Counted from the first letter of the stretch, positions 24,983-37,272 are shown. The stretch is DNA of 64,000 nt from Camelus dromedarius (GCF_036321535.1 NC_087450.1:53568001-53632000); one strand, 5' to 3'. The notes: generated by a model not told the origin, from the sequence alone. Translations and numbers: made by a program.

Positions 24983-25166
24983 CAGGGCCAGGATTAGGGC
25001 GAGGTGAGGCAGGTGGGCTGTCTTTATTTCAAGTTGGCTCTGTTGCTCAGCATGGATATTTCTGCACTGATTTCTGACGCGCTATATCATGGTGACTGTG
25101 TTCCCCGCCCCTTAAATTTTGCATCCATGGGGAGTACTTCACTCTGCTCACCCTTGTCCTGCCCAA
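24983..25166. mobile_element. hAT-type MITE with recognisable terminal inverted repeats (family not assigned)
   Basis: Left 'cagggccaggattagggcgag' is an imperfect inverted repeat of right 'ctcacccttgtcctgccc'; internal 'ccccttaaattttgca'. Confidence 0.6.
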
Positions 25167-25259
25167 ACAAAAGGTGCGGGTGGTCACTGGGATACAATCT
25201 GAGTCTGAGCCACTCAGCATCCCCTTCCAAGTTGTTACCTGCCTCATCGCCCTCCACTC

Positions 25260-25930
25260 TTCACACCCCCAGCAGCCTCGGCCACAGGCACAGGCTATGC
25301 ATCCCCATCCCCCGGTGCCCCGGTGACCCCCTGGCCTTTGCACATGCTGTTCCTCCTCCTGCAGCACCTTTGCTCCCTCTGGGATCCCCGCTCCACCTGG
25401 TCAGCTCCTCCTCCGGTGCCACCAACTGCCCCCTTTGTTGCACAGGAAGGGCCAGGAGCTCTGCCGCACGCTCTTCTACTTAAATCATCAGACTCCTGAT
25501 GCCCCAGGGAGAATAGTTTCTCACACTTCTGTGTTTACTTTGCACACACCTCCAAGACAGGACTGTCTCGCCATCCCATGATTGCTGTGTTTCTAAGCCT
25601 CTTAAAGAAGAAGAAAATGTCTTACTCTAGATTCCTCCACACCTAGACTATACCCTAGCACCAAAGAAGATTTGATGAATGAATGAACGAATGAACGAAT
25701 GAACGAGTGGAACTCAGCCCGGGAACAATGGGATGAGCACAGGCTTTGCTTTCACATCACAAACCCGAGCTTTGTGCTCCAGACAGTGAGTCAGCATCTC
25801 CAGACCGCGTTTCCTTCATCTGTAACGTGGGACTGATAGGGCTGCGCTTGCAGGATTGTTGTGAAAATTAAAAGCAGTTTATCAAGTGCCGGGGACACAG
25901 TAACAGATGCTCCATAAATCTAAGAAAAAT
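25260..25930 (+). mobile_element. L2 3' end with (GAAT/GAAC)n tail, followed by a MIR
   Basis: 'gcctttgcacatgctgttcctcct', tail 'gatgaatgaatgaacgaatgaacgaatgaacg'; MIR core 'tttccttcatctgtaacgtgggactgatag' at about 25810. Confidence 0.7.
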
Positions 25931-26169
25931 AATAGGGATTATATGATAGATCCCCGCCCCTCTGAACCATCCTCCGGTGCTCCCTGCTCTGGGAGGCCTG
26001 CCCGACAGCCCTCTGTGGCTGGCTGCTATGATTCTTGCCGTGAGGCTAAGCTTAGTTTGATGGGTGATTAAAAACGATCAGAGCTTAGGCGACGATGGTT
26101 TGCAGAAGCTAAAGCCAAATGTAGGAAAGAATGAGTATGGGTCTTTGTTCAATTTAAAGCCCATGGGGA

Positions 26170-26300
26170 GGGGAGGGTGTAGCTCAAGTGGTAGAGCGCA
26201 TGCTTAGCATACACCAGGTCCTGGGTTCAATCCCCAGTATTTCCTCTAGAAATAAGTAAACTTAATTACCTCCTCTTGCCAAAAATACATAAATAATTTT
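26170..26300 (+). mobile_element. tRNA-Ala-derived camelid SINE (vic-1-like)
   Basis: Head 'ggggagggtgtagctcaagtggtagagcgcatgcttagcat...ctgggttcaatccccag' with A box (26180-26191) and B box (26224-26233), followed by the family tail 'aaataagtaaacttaattacctcc'. Confidence 0.9.
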
Positions 26301-26509
26301 CTTTTTAATTTTAAGAAATAAAATATAGTCCATTGATTCAACCCAAGTTTCAGGATCTCTGTCTGGCACGTTCCATGCCTGTGTGTAGTGGCATTCTGCT
26401 CGGGGCTGCTTCTAAATACTGTCACAGATAAGAGTGTCTTGAAGTCCCTTTCGGGCCTTAAGTGTCACACAAAAAAAATCTTATCTCTGGGGTAGATTTA
26501 TCACGACCC

Positions 26510-26834
26510 TCCCTAGGTTAGTCGATTCGTTCTCTCTGGAGAAATGGACCAATATGATGGACAGAAAGAGAGAGAGATTTATTTTAAGGAATTGGCTCCC
26601 ATGATTGTTGGAGCTGGTCTGTCTGAATCTGCAGGGCAGGCCAGCAGGCTGGAGACCCTGGGAAGAGTTGACACTGCAGTCTTGATTCCAAAGGCCATCC
26701 TGAGATGATGCCTTCTTCTTTGGAAGACCTCAGTCTCTTAAGGCCTTCACCTGACTGAATGAGGCCCAACCTAACTATGCGCTTTACTCACAGTCTACTG
26801 ATCTCAGTGTTTCTCTCCGCTTAAAAATATCTTC
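26510..26834 (-). mobile_element. MLT2B-type ERVL LTR (partial)
   Basis: 'gagatttattttaaggaattggctcccatgattgttggagctgg...gcaggccagcaggctggagaccc...aaaaatatcttc' is the reverse MLT2 pattern; it stops at the L1 junction. Confidence 0.85.
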
Positions 26835-26836
26835 TC

Positions 26837-27392
26837 GGGGGTTTCTCAAAAACCTAAAAACGGAACTATCATATGACCCCGCAATTCCCTTCTTAAAGGT
26901 GTGTGTGTGTATCAAAAAACCCCAAAAACACTAATTTGAAAAAACACATGCACCCCAATGTTCATAGTAGCATTATTTACAATAGTCAAGGTATGGAAGC
27001 AACCTAAGTGCCCATCAACAGAGGAATGGANNNNNNNNNNNNNNNNNNNNNNNNNNNNNNNNNNNNNNNNNNNNNNNNNNNNNNNNNNNNNNNNNNNNNN
27101 NNNNNNNNNNNNNNNNNNNNNNNNNNNNNNNNNNNNNNNNNNNNNNNNNNNNNNNNNNNNNNNNNNNNNNNACCATATGATACCACCGCTTATATGTGGA
27201 ATCTAAAATACACAACAAACTAGTGAATAAAACAAAAAAGAAGCAGACTCACTGTTACGGAAAGCAAACTAGTGGTTCCCAGTGGGCAGAGGGAAGGGGG
27301 GAGGGGAGATAGAAAGACAGGGGTGAAAAAAGGGATTATCATGTGTGTGAAACTTTTGAAAACTGTAAAGCACCATAGAATTTAAGGATTCA
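26837..27392 (+). mobile_element. 5'-truncated L1 (ORF2 C-terminus + 3' UTR), lineage-specific type
   Basis: ORF track peptide MFIVALFTIVKVWKQPKCPSTEEW matches the L1 ORF2 C-terminus; a 3' UTR follows. Contains the N gap at 27031-27171. Confidence 0.92.
27031..27171. other. Assembly gap (141 N) inside L1
   Basis: Run of N; its length is close to the L1 ORF2 segment expected between the flanks. Confidence 0.99.
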
Positions 27393-28339
27393 CCCTCCAC
27401 GGCTGACTCATTCACAAACGTCACTGTCCCCCCCGCCCCCCACCATCCAGAGCACCAGGAACGCTTGATGAGGCCCTGGAGTGAAGACTGAATCTGATAA
27501 GAGCCCTCAGGATGCTCAGAGTCCAGAGTGGAGGCAGATATTTCAAGAGATAATCTCACCAGGGGACCAAGGGGCACGCCATGAGGGGAAGGCAAGTGCG
27601 TGCACCTAAAGGAATGAGGATGTCTGTGGGGGCAGAGAGCTAACACCATGGACCCTCTCACCCCTGGCCTCTGCATGGCCGCTCCCAGCATCTGCCTCGG
27701 CCTCTTTTGTGCCCATATATGTGATTGACTGGCCTCTGCCCATCCTCCAGGACTCTTGTCCTCATAAATCCTCAGCACATGCAGATTGGGCAGTCTGTTC
27801 TGCCTCTGACCAGGAAAGCCCTCAGCCGGCCAGGACCCTGACCTTAGCCATGACCGGCCAGCCCACAGCCCAAGTTGCCACAGACCCACAGCAGTCAAGG
27901 GGACCACACCACCTTCCCAGCAGCCCCCCAAACTCATTAGCCTCCTCTCTCCCATCTCCAGGCTTGAGTTCTGGAGATGGGCAATACAAAGAAGGTCACG
28001 TGTTCTACGGGTGACAGCAATGGCATTAGCTCGGAATGCAAGCAGAAGGTTTACCTTCCATCAAGTGGAGGATCTTTTTGTCTCCAAATATGACAAGGGA
28101 AGGAGCCCAAGAAATGCAACAATGAGCAAAGCGTGTGGACCACCCCCTGGCCCCAGGGGGCCTAGAGCAGTATGGTTGGAGGGAGCCCCTCTCTCCTGCT
28201 CTGCATCCCACAGGACTTTGGTCCAGCATCTATCACAACACCCACCAGAGGTTAACCTCTTGCTAATTTTGTGCAAAGCAACCTCCTCTGCTAGTTTTGT
28301 TTTTTTAAGGGCCGGGAATGGATCTTCACTTACCCTTGT

Positions 28340-28640
28340 AATCATTCAGGCATTCACCCATGTATCCATTCAGTCAACAAAATTTACCGAGCACCTACTT
28401 TACTCCGAGACCCTGCCCTAGTCCCCAGGAATATGAAGACAAATACGACACAGTTCCTGCCCTCAGGGCTCCAACTGTGGAAATAGAAAAATGCAGAGGG
28501 CAATAGAAGTTTAGAGGAGAAGGCACTTTTTTCCTGCTTCAGAATATCCAGGAATGTATCACAGAGAACGAGACATTTGAACTGGCTTTTGAAGGATGAA
28601 TAGGAACTCTTTTGGACAGAAAGGCATTGCAGTTTTGAAC
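28340..28640 (-). mobile_element. L2 3' end
   Basis: 'cattcagtcaacaaaatttaccgagcacctact...cacagttcctgccctcaggg...gagacatttgaactggcttttgaaggatgaatagga'. Confidence 0.8.
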
Positions 28641-28763
28641 ATGCTGCATCTTCCCTGATGAAGTCTCAGAGACCGTGGCACCTAGAAGATGCTCAGAAAC
28701 AGTTGCATCGTGTGAGATGCCGATTGAGTCCTAGGACAGGGGAAAGAGGGCATCATTCTCACT

Positions 28764-29098
28764 CCTCTTCCTCAAACCTGGAGTCCAATTAGAATCCCCT
28801 GGGGGGGGGGTCTTAAAAAATACTGCTGTTTCAGCCCGCCCCAGAGATCCTGATGCCACGGACCCGAGATGCTGCCTCGTCATTGGAACTTTTAAAAGCT
28901 CCCCGGGTAATTCCAACGTGCAGCCATGTCTGAGAACCCTGATTTAGATCCATGCTTCTCAAACTTCATGTGCAAATCCACCCAGGAGATCAGGTTAAAA
29001 TGCAGCTTCAGATGCAGCAGGTCTGGGGTGGGGCCTGAGATTCTGCATTTCTAACGAGTTCCTGGTGCTGCGGGTCCTGGGACTATGCTTTGAGTCAG
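28764..29098. mobile_element. Two adjacent MER5A-family hAT-Charlie MITEs (MER5A1-like 28764-28941; MER5A-like 28951-29098)
   Basis: 'ctcaaacctgg...attagaatcccctggg...ttttaaaagctccccgggtaattc...tgagaaccctg' and 'gcttctcaaac...ggtctggggtggggcctgagattctgcatttctaac'. Confidence 0.85.
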
Positions 29099-30469
29099 AA
29101 GAGTCCCTGAGGCTGAATCCCTGAGCCAATTCAACAGGTCTCAGATCTTGCCTGCACCTGGGGGTGATGACTGTGCTCTCCCAGGTACTAACCTGTAGCT
29201 CAGGATTGGGCGGGGGTGCTGGGGGCAGGCTGAGCAGTCAAGGCCACAGGGGGTGCATGGGGGAGGGAAGGGGAGGACGGGAACTGAACTGTTTACCCGT
29301 GTTTTAAGAGCTGGCACGGCCACACTCAAGGCCAAGGAGCAGCCAAGGGGGCCCGGCCAGCCGGCCAACATCCCAGCGCGGAGGGTGGCGGCGGCCGAGG
29401 CCGCGGCTGCGTTGGCAGGAGCTGCCTTCTGGGTAAACATTGTTCTGGGTTTTTTTTCTTTTCTTTCTCTTCAAACAAGCCCTTCCCAGCACTGGCCACA
29501 TAACCCTAAACAAGGCCTCTCAGTGCTGTTGACACAAAGGCACAAATGGTGTCATTCCAGCCCAGAGATAAAACTCTGATCCTCCCATAATGGGGGGCAT
29601 TTCCTCTTGGGAAGAACACCAGCACATCAGGCAATTCAACAAGCCCGGCCTAAGCCCTACCCTCCGGCTAGGCTCCGGTTTTTTGTTGTTCGGGGTGGAT
29701 TTCTTTCTCCCCAAAGCCCTGCTTGTTTCATGTGCCTCCGTCAGCAGATATGTCAACCCCAGACAATGGCCTCTTTCTGCAGACAATGGTCAGCGTGAGG
29801 AATGTCGCAGGAGGGCAGGGCTTGAGGAGGGACAATCAGCTTTCAGAATCCAGTGGCCGAGTGGGTGATGCAGGGAGGGTCCTGCTGTCACCGGGGCAGC
29901 CTCCTCAAAGGCACCATTTATAGGACATGCAGCCCCAGAAAAATGGGTGCTTTGGGCAACTGCGGATTTAGAGGGCGCTGAGCCCGCTGCTGCTGCGGGC
30001 AGACCCCGTTACCTGCTTTATCGGCCTCCGGAGGCTCCGGCAGCCACAGCCCCAGCCAAGCAGACTTTGTTGAATGAAAAAACAAATAGTCACCCCCAAA
30101 TTAGACCAAAGCCGGCTGTTCCCCACACTGCCCCTCCTGCCGTCCCCAGCCTGGGCCTCCATTGGCCAGCTCTCTAGAAAAGAAAGGGCTTATTCATCCC
30201 CCTAAGGTGGAAACTCGCTTTCTCCGGGGGAAATTGTGTAACCGTTTTGTAGTGGAATCGACTACAGTCCTCAAGGTCTTTTGGAAAAAGAAAAACAGAT
30301 AAGGGGGCGGAGGTTGGAGCCGGGGCTGGCAGCCTTCTTGTTAGATTTGCTCACTGCGGAACGATTTTTCTGACAGAGGCCACAGGCCTGAACATCATGT
30401 CAGCTGGTCCCTGGATTCCAAGGACCCTCACTGCAATTGGAAAATTCAAGAAACTTTTTTGGCAGATAG

Positions 30470-31095
30470 CCATGCATCCATTCATTCACTCCTCTAGCAC
30501 AATGCCTGACACCTAGTAGGTGCTAGGTGCTTAGTAACCATTTGTTGAATGAATGAGACAGTTTGTAAATATCTAATGCTCTCTTTCCCTGCTTAAAAAA
30601 CTTTCAGTAGCTCCCCCGTGCCTACAGTATAAATTTCATCTTTCTTAACATTGCCTGAAACTTATTCCCTGGACCCTCAAATACCTCTCCAACCTCACAA
30701 TCCCCCCCTCTTCTCCCCCACATGACCCTAACGCCCCACAACATACACACACACACATATACATGCTGCTACTATTTCCTGAACCAAAGCACTGTGTGAG
30801 CCCCTAGGCCTTGGTCCCTGCTATCCCAAGACCCTTCCCCAGCTTCTTACAGACAACTGGAGAGCTCCTCCCACTCCAGACTCACCTCCAGTGTTTGCTC
30901 TTCCTCTGGAAAGCAATCATTGTGCTTCTGAGTATGGCCTCCCTAGAGTACATGGCCCAATCGTGACAGTTACCATAATGTTATTTCTCTGTCCCGACTA
31001 AACGTGGACTCCTTAAGAGCAGGGACTGAGCCTGATTGAGCCCTGTATGCTGAGCTGGGGCCCAGAGTCTGGTCCATCACGGGTTCTCAGGAAGC
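30470..31095 (+). mobile_element. L2 fragments (two 3' ends)
   Basis: 'tagcacaatgcctgacacctagtagg...tttgttgaatgaatga', then 'ccctgcttaaaaaactttcagtagctccc...gactccttaagagcagggact'. Confidence 0.7.
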
Positions 31096-31929
31096 AGGGG
31101 ACCAACCGACCCTGGTGTGCTCAGGGGAGCCCTCATTTTAGCACTGGAAGTCCCGTGTCCCAGAAAGCAACCCAGTCCTGGGCAAACCAGAACTACTGGT
31201 CCCCCTTTGGTGAGTAGTGAATGAATAAAGGCCTGAGTCATGTATAGTAAGACCATAGGCCAGGCCCCAGGCTCATTTGATCGCAGGGCATTTAAACAAC
31301 CCAGCATCTCTTCCCAACAGCCCTGCTGCCCAGCATTGCAAAGGGATGAGTCTCCGCTGTTGAATGAGCGTTAAGTCCATTAGGCACCTTTCCTTGGCCC
31401 TTGTTTATCTTCCCGGCTATCTCTTCCGGCAAGTAGCCACATTGTTTATAATGCATCTGTTGACATCTGCCTTATCTCCCCGGATTTGCCCCGGATCTGC
31501 CTGGGTCTGCTGCCCTCCAAGAGGATGAGCCCTCTAGCCTCCCCGTGGAATTCTTAGCTGAGGTTTTATAAGTCAAAAGGTCCACGATAGCTGTCGGTTC
31601 TCAAAGCGGCCCCCAGCCCCAGGCCCTCAGGAGAGGCGCGATGCCAGCCCTACCCCATTTGTCTGCTCGGCCTCCCTCGGACCCTCAGGCAGCTTGGACC
31701 CATCTGCTTCCCAGTTCTAGGTCACATCAAGCTGAGAAAGGATCAGGCTTCATTTGACCTGAGAGGGCTGTGGCATCTGGCTGCTCCCCCCGTCCCAACT
31801 CCTCCCCATCCTGGCCAAACGAGCCGAAATCCCCCACCCCCTCTGATGAACTTTCAGGTTCGGCATCTCTCCTGGACGGTGATTTCAGAGCTCCTGGGAA
31901 GTGTGACCCCAGAGAAGCCACAAAAGCAG

Positions 31930-32105
31930 GCACATCTGGCTTGAATTCCAGCTTAGCCATTTAGCTGGGTGATTTCAGGTAAGTTATTTAACCTCTCTGT
32001 GCAGCCTCATTTAAACAGGGACATTTACAGAGTCCACATGATTACAAAGATGATAGGAGATTGACAAGGCATCCAGTTCAGTGTCTAGTAGACAGTAGCT
32101 GCTCC
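31930..32105 (+). mobile_element. MIR SINE
   Basis: 'ctggcttgaattccagcttagccatttagctgggtgatttcaggtaagttatttaacctctctgtg'. Confidence 0.8.
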
Positions 32106-33311
32106 AAAGGCTACTTCTCTCACCTTCAACACAAGTAGAATAAACAGACATTTGGAGTGAATCTATTCAGGACCTTGGATCTCTACTCTTTGGAATCTCA
32201 CTCTGCTGACTAGAGAAGAGACAGATCACTGGGCAGGAGTCGCCAAGCTCTGCCCCTTCTAAATGTCCTGTCCCCTAGGAGGAGGGCCAGAGTTGCCAAA
32301 GCTGTCCCCAAAACCAAGATGGAAGGAAATTGTTACTTTAAACTGGAATGTTCCAAAGAATCTTTGGTTAACAAAGGACAAGAAAAATAAATATCAACAG
32401 ATGGATTTCTTTTTAATCCTTGCCCTAAAAATTCACAATAGAAATACTAAAATTTGCCAAAAATTGATTTTAAAGCACAGCTTGAAGGCAAACACAAGGC
32501 ATCTGGATGTCACACTTGTAAGAAACAACAGTCTGAAAGCCTTCTCATTCCCCATGTTAAACAATAATAATAATTTCCTTTCATTCAGAAGCAATTCCCT
32601 GGCTTTCCGGGAGGCCAAGGCTGTATGTGTTATGCATTGACCACCTGCCCTTTAAAAATGCATGTATTTAACCAGCTTGCTCCTTCACATCACCCACAAC
32701 GGCTTCATCTATCATTGGGACAATCCCTACCCACCTTTCAGCTTCTTTCTTTCCATTTAATTGCCATGCCCCTCTTTATTTCTGGCTTGCTTCTATGAAC
32801 ACTTCGACTTTTTATTAAATCAAAATGAATTGCTTTGCACCCTAAGCAATCAGGAACGAGCTGCAAAACTCTGACACGTTTGGGAAGTCCTGCTAAGGTT
32901 TTTACTTCCAGCGGTAGGCCTGAATTAATGGCTTGAGGGCAATCTTTTTGTTAGGACATTGCATGTCGGTGTCTGGACTCATGTGTTTGAGAACGTGTCA
33001 TGTATGAGAACACAACACAGGCCCAGGAGGGATAAATATTCTAACGGTCAGGACATCGTGCAGCACAAAGGAACCCTATGTCAGCAGCCGGGGCTTTCTA
33101 TCACATTCTATGTTATGAAAAGTCAGGTTGGAGAAAAACTGGAAATTAATTGGGATAGCCATAAAGGTGACTCTTGACACGTTACCGCACATGCGGTACT
33201 CATTTTTTCCCAATTAGCCTTTCAAAATACTTGCTTTTGTTCCTCCCTAATTTCTGGGTAATTGTCCACTTTGGAACTCTTACGAAGTGGGTAGGTATTT
33301 GAGGACCATGA

Positions 33312-33338
33312 TGACCTGTGACCTTTGACCCAAGGTGA
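33312..33338 (-). promoter_or_regulatory. Candidate nuclear-receptor response element: three half-sites in DR1 register plus one opposed half-site
   Basis: TGACCT g TGACCT t TGACCC a AGGTGA in repeat-free DNA. Confidence 0.55.
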
Positions 33339-34299
33339 TCTTTACTGGGTGGGGGGAGGGAATCCATGAAAGATTGATTTGCGCAGAGCTGAGTTAGACA
33401 AACAGGCCATTCACATAACTCCAAATCCAGAGGCAAATCAGGTAAAAATGTTAGCAACCTTTGTGGCCTGGAATTTCCTATCTCTATATGGGGACAGTAC
33501 TTCTAGCCTCTGCAAGGGTTGATGAAGACATTTCTGGATCTTCCCCTTCAAATAATCCCCCAGAATAATTCAATGGAACATCCTAGGCCCCACCAATGGG
33601 TGCGCTGGCTTCTTGCCAAATACTTTTTTGAAGGAACCAAATGGGTGCCTTTTACATAATTTTGAGCAATAATTCTTAATACTTCCATTACAGGCATCCC
33701 CCCTTTTTTTTTTTTTTTTAATCTTTCCTCCAAAGAGCCCAAGTTTGGGGAAGATTTTTTTTTTTTCTTTTAAAAAACTGTACCGTTTTAATGACTTTGT
33801 TTCCCCAGTCATCAAAACACAGGAGAATGGATATTGGAGCTCCTGACAGGGCTGGGGTTCCGGGAGCTGCCACACGGAAGGCCACAGTCACAACCAGAGA
33901 GAAACCAGTGGGTGCTACACACTGCCGGGAGAAGTCTCGAGTCAGGGCATGATTGCCTCCACACTGAGAAAAGAGTTTTAAGTGTTCTCAGCTCCTGTTA
34001 CTGCCAATCCAGAAACCTCGTTTGGTGCGGAGGAGCCCGGGCTGGGAAGCACTGACCCCAAGTGTCACTCCCACCACCTCTGAGCCCACTGACCACTCGA
34101 CTGTGGGGCGAGGCAGGTGGGAGGAATGGTGGGGGAGAAGGCACGCAGGCTTGGATCATTTTCCCAGTAAATTGTATTCATTGTAAGATGAAGAAGAAGG
34201 GGGAAAAAATAACTTGATGACATTAAAGAAAGTTGTAAAACAGGGACGCACCAATAGTAATCCTATGACCACTGTTTTTATTTTCTCCTCCATCATCCC

Positions 34300-34846
34300 C
34301 AGTCTTGAGCCACATGCACGCACTCTGCGGATTCCTCGTTGGTGAACTTGCCTCTGCACTGAAATGCGTTTGTGACCCCAAAACCAATGCTCGCAGCCCT
34401 TTCTTGGTCTTCCAGAGCCTTGCACAAAGTGGTAGAAAAGATGCACCGCCTACACTCCCCTCCCCAGCCGAGGGTGAACACGGAGACGTTCTGCCTTCCT
34501 GTTTAAAACGGTCCTCGGCTGTCACACCGCCTAGTGTTCCTAAGCATGAGAAGGCTGTGACATGCTTTACAGAAAAGATACATGTTAGGAAAGCCTCCTT
34601 AGCACTGAGCTATAGCACTGTTGCCCGAGTTCCATGTTAATAAGTCAACGATATATAAATAAAGCATCTTTAAGCACATGCACACATAAAACAAGGTTAT
34701 GAGTTAATCAGTCAATAAAAATGTAACCAGAGGCTCCCAGGAACCTAACCACGTATTTCTCTTAGGAGCAATGGTTCCTGTTCACCAATTCAGGGTTCAC
34801 TGTGACTTTACAGAATATGACAACTGCAAATATCGAAAATCAGCTG
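34300..34846 (+). mobile_element. MER82 (TcMar-Tigger) non-autonomous DNA transposon, internally deleted
   Basis: Matches the recalled MER82 ends ('gcggattcc...gtgaccccaaaaccaatgctcgc'; 'ccagaggctcccaggaacctaacc...aggagcaatggttc...aaatcagctg' + TA). The ORF-track peptide SVPKHEKAVTCFTEKIHV...LSYSTVAR resembles a Tigger transposase N-terminal HTH. Confidence 0.85.
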
Positions 34847-35199
34847 TACTCACAGTTTCATTTCCTGCTTCTCTTGGTTACTGTTACATCATAAACACTT
34901 GTCAGGATCACTACATGATGATGCTCCTTTGTGCGTCCTCTTCACCACTCCCTTATTATTGGATCTTCAGCTTCTTTCTAAAATTTCAACCTTATAGACA
35001 AAAGCTGCCAAGAGTATATAGTGTGTGAGCTTCAAAAGGACATTTACCATCTCAGGGCTTGACATATAGTTTATCTCAAATAAATGTTTGTTGAGTGAAA
35101 GGATGACTTAAGGTTGGACACAATAGTCAGGGACCATCCCATCCAATATGGAAGGTTCTCAGCAGGCATTCAGTAAATACCTGTTCTTTGACATATTAA

Positions 35200-35342
35200 N
35201 NNNNNNNNNNNNNNNNNNNNNNNNNNNNNNNNNNNNNNNNNNNNNNNNNNNNNNNNNNNNNNNNNNNNNNNNNNNNNNNNNNNNNNNNNNNNNNNNNNNN
35301 NNNNNNNNNNNNNNNNNNNNNNNNNNNNNNNNNNNNNNNNNN
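35200..35342. other. Assembly gap (143 N) hiding the 5' end of an L1
   Basis: Run of N immediately upstream of L1 sequence. Confidence 0.99.
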
Positions 35343-35948
35343 GATGAAAATTCTAATTCAAAAAGCTACAGGCACCTCAGTATTTGTAGCAGCACTGTTT
35401 ACAATAGCCAAGACCTGGAAGCAACCTAAATGTCAATCGACAGATGAATGGATAAAGAAGATGTGGTATCTATACACAATGAAATATTACTCAATCATAA
35501 AAAAGAAGGAAATAATGTGATTTGCAGCAACATGGATGGACCTAGAGATGATCTTACTAAGTGAAGTAAGTCAGACAGAGAAAGAAAGATAAATATTGTA
35601 TGATATCATTTATATGTGAAATCTAGAAAAATAACATAAATAAACTTATGTACAAAACAGAAAGAGACTCATAGACATAGAAAACAAACTTATGGTCACC
35701 AAAGGGGAAGTGGGGAAAGGGATAAATTAGGAGTTTGGGATTAACAGATATAAACTACAACATATAAAATAGATAAACAACAAGGACCTACTGTGTAGCA
35801 CAAGGAACTATATTCAGTATCTTGTAATAACTCATAATGGAAAATAATCTGAAAAAGAATATATATATGTGTATCTAGATAAGTGAATCACTTTGCTGTA
35901 CGCCTTAAACTAACACGTTATGAATCAAATATACTCGTTTTTTTAAAA
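35343..35948 (+). mobile_element. L1 3' end (cetartiodactyl L1MA9/L1_Art-like)
   Basis: ORF2 end ('gcagcactgtttacaatagccaagacctggaagcaacctaaatgtc') and 3' UTR ('tttgggattaacagatataaactac...caacaaggacctactgtgtagcacaaggaactatattcag'). Confidence 0.95.
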
Positions 35949-35959
35949 ATCTGCTCATC

Positions 35960-36250
35960 CCCTGCCGTGTGCTATGTAGCTAACCCCAGGCCCACATCTT
36001 TACTTCCACTGTATCGTTTAATTCACGTAGCTTCAGAGGTCAGTTCTGTTAGCCTCATTTTACCAGTAAAGAAACTGGGACTTTTTGCCAGTAAGGAAAC
36101 TGGGACTTACTTGAGGAAGCAGTATGTGCAAAGTCACACAGCTGACCGGAGCCACCGCGGTGCTTCTGGCCCACGTCTAGGTGACACCCAATGCCCTGCT
36201 TTTTCTACCGCCCCAGGCAGAAGCCCTCGGTGTGTGCTGAGCTGTACGAA
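35960..36250 (-). mobile_element. MIR SINE containing a 25-bp tandem duplication (36058-36107)
   Basis: Reverse MIR core; 'ttttaccagtaaagaaactgggact' followed by 'ttttgccagtaaggaaactgggact'. Confidence 0.7.
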
Positions 36251-36959
36251 CGCAGCCCCTCTGCCGTCACCGGATCAGGGCGAGCAGGAGCAGCGGGCCT
36301 CCTCAGGGCCCACGGGGACACATAATCCCTCCGGCTCGGCTTCCTCCTCCCCTCCCCTCAATTCTCCCGCCTGAATTCCCCCTTTCACCTGTAATCACAC
36401 ATGCCTGACATGATGCCTGCTTCCATTCTCCGGTCCCAGGCCCTGCCTTCAGAGAGGTAATTGGCGGGCACTCAGCCTTCCAACCTGATCCCAGGTAAAC
36501 TGAAACCCACCCCTGACTAGACTGTGCTGTGGGAATGGATGAGGCGATGCAAACAGAGCAAGGCTGCGGGATTCCAGAGCTTCTCAAGGTGGGGGTTTTG
36601 ATCTCCTCTCTTTATTTGGGGGTGATGGGGAGGGATATATTAAGCCTTTTCTTGACACGTATGAGGTAAAGACGGAAACAAAGCTTGCATCATTCGATCT
36701 GCATTTCAAAACCAGAGCAATCCCCTCTCTGGGTATCTCCCAGCCAGGGAAGGCTCCCTGGTGCCAGGCATAGACCCTCGGGTATAGTTAACAGAACAGC
36801 TCAGATATGGTGTTGAGTCCCAAAGGGGTCAGAAGCTTCTTGCAAATTCAGAAGCACCCTGGTTAGTTTGTTGATGACCTTCCTCATTTGCTATGTTACA
36901 CAGCGCTAATAGAGCCCCGTGCTTTCTGTCTCGTGATGCCATCAGGGAGGAATAGAGGA

Positions 36960-37272
36960 GGTGCTCCCCGCTCCGGGAATGGCCTTACCACCTGCCTGTC
37001 ACTCCCAACTCACCTCTCTTAAAAGACCCAGGGCAGAGGGTTTTCCTTCTCTGAGGACTTCTCCCACAGAATTCTGCAGCATAGTCACAGCATCCCCTTT
37101 GCCACACACTGCACCGTGTAAGCTCACTGTACCCAACACGCTGTCCTGAAGCACGGACTTATGATGTCTGTCTCTCCTGTGGGCAAAGCCCGTTCCTCAT
37201 CCATCGCTGGGTCCTTGGAGCCGCCGAGTCTTCCACATAGAAGGTGTTCTGCAAGCACTGAATGAATAAATG
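36960..37272 (+). mobile_element. L2 3' end
   Basis: L2-like pyrimidine-rich body ending 'cacatagaaggtgttctgcaagcactgaatgaataaatgg'. Confidence 0.6.

Noticed and set aside
26170-26245. tRNA-Ala(AGC) gene calls at 26170, 49523 and 55088
   Set aside because: Each has a SINE-type tail or poly(A), two have clear TSDs, and the stems contain mismatches. They are SINEs, not tRNA genes.
26958-27206. L1 ORF2-like peptides (also 44065..44295) and L2 RT-like peptide (50522..50848) as CDS
   Set aside because: Truncated, degenerate retrotransposon remnants; annotated as mobile elements.
29965-29980. CTCF-like motifs (tagagggcgct at 29968; also near 4165, 53115, 54328 and 60635)
   Set aside because: Only half of the CTCF consensus matches in each case.
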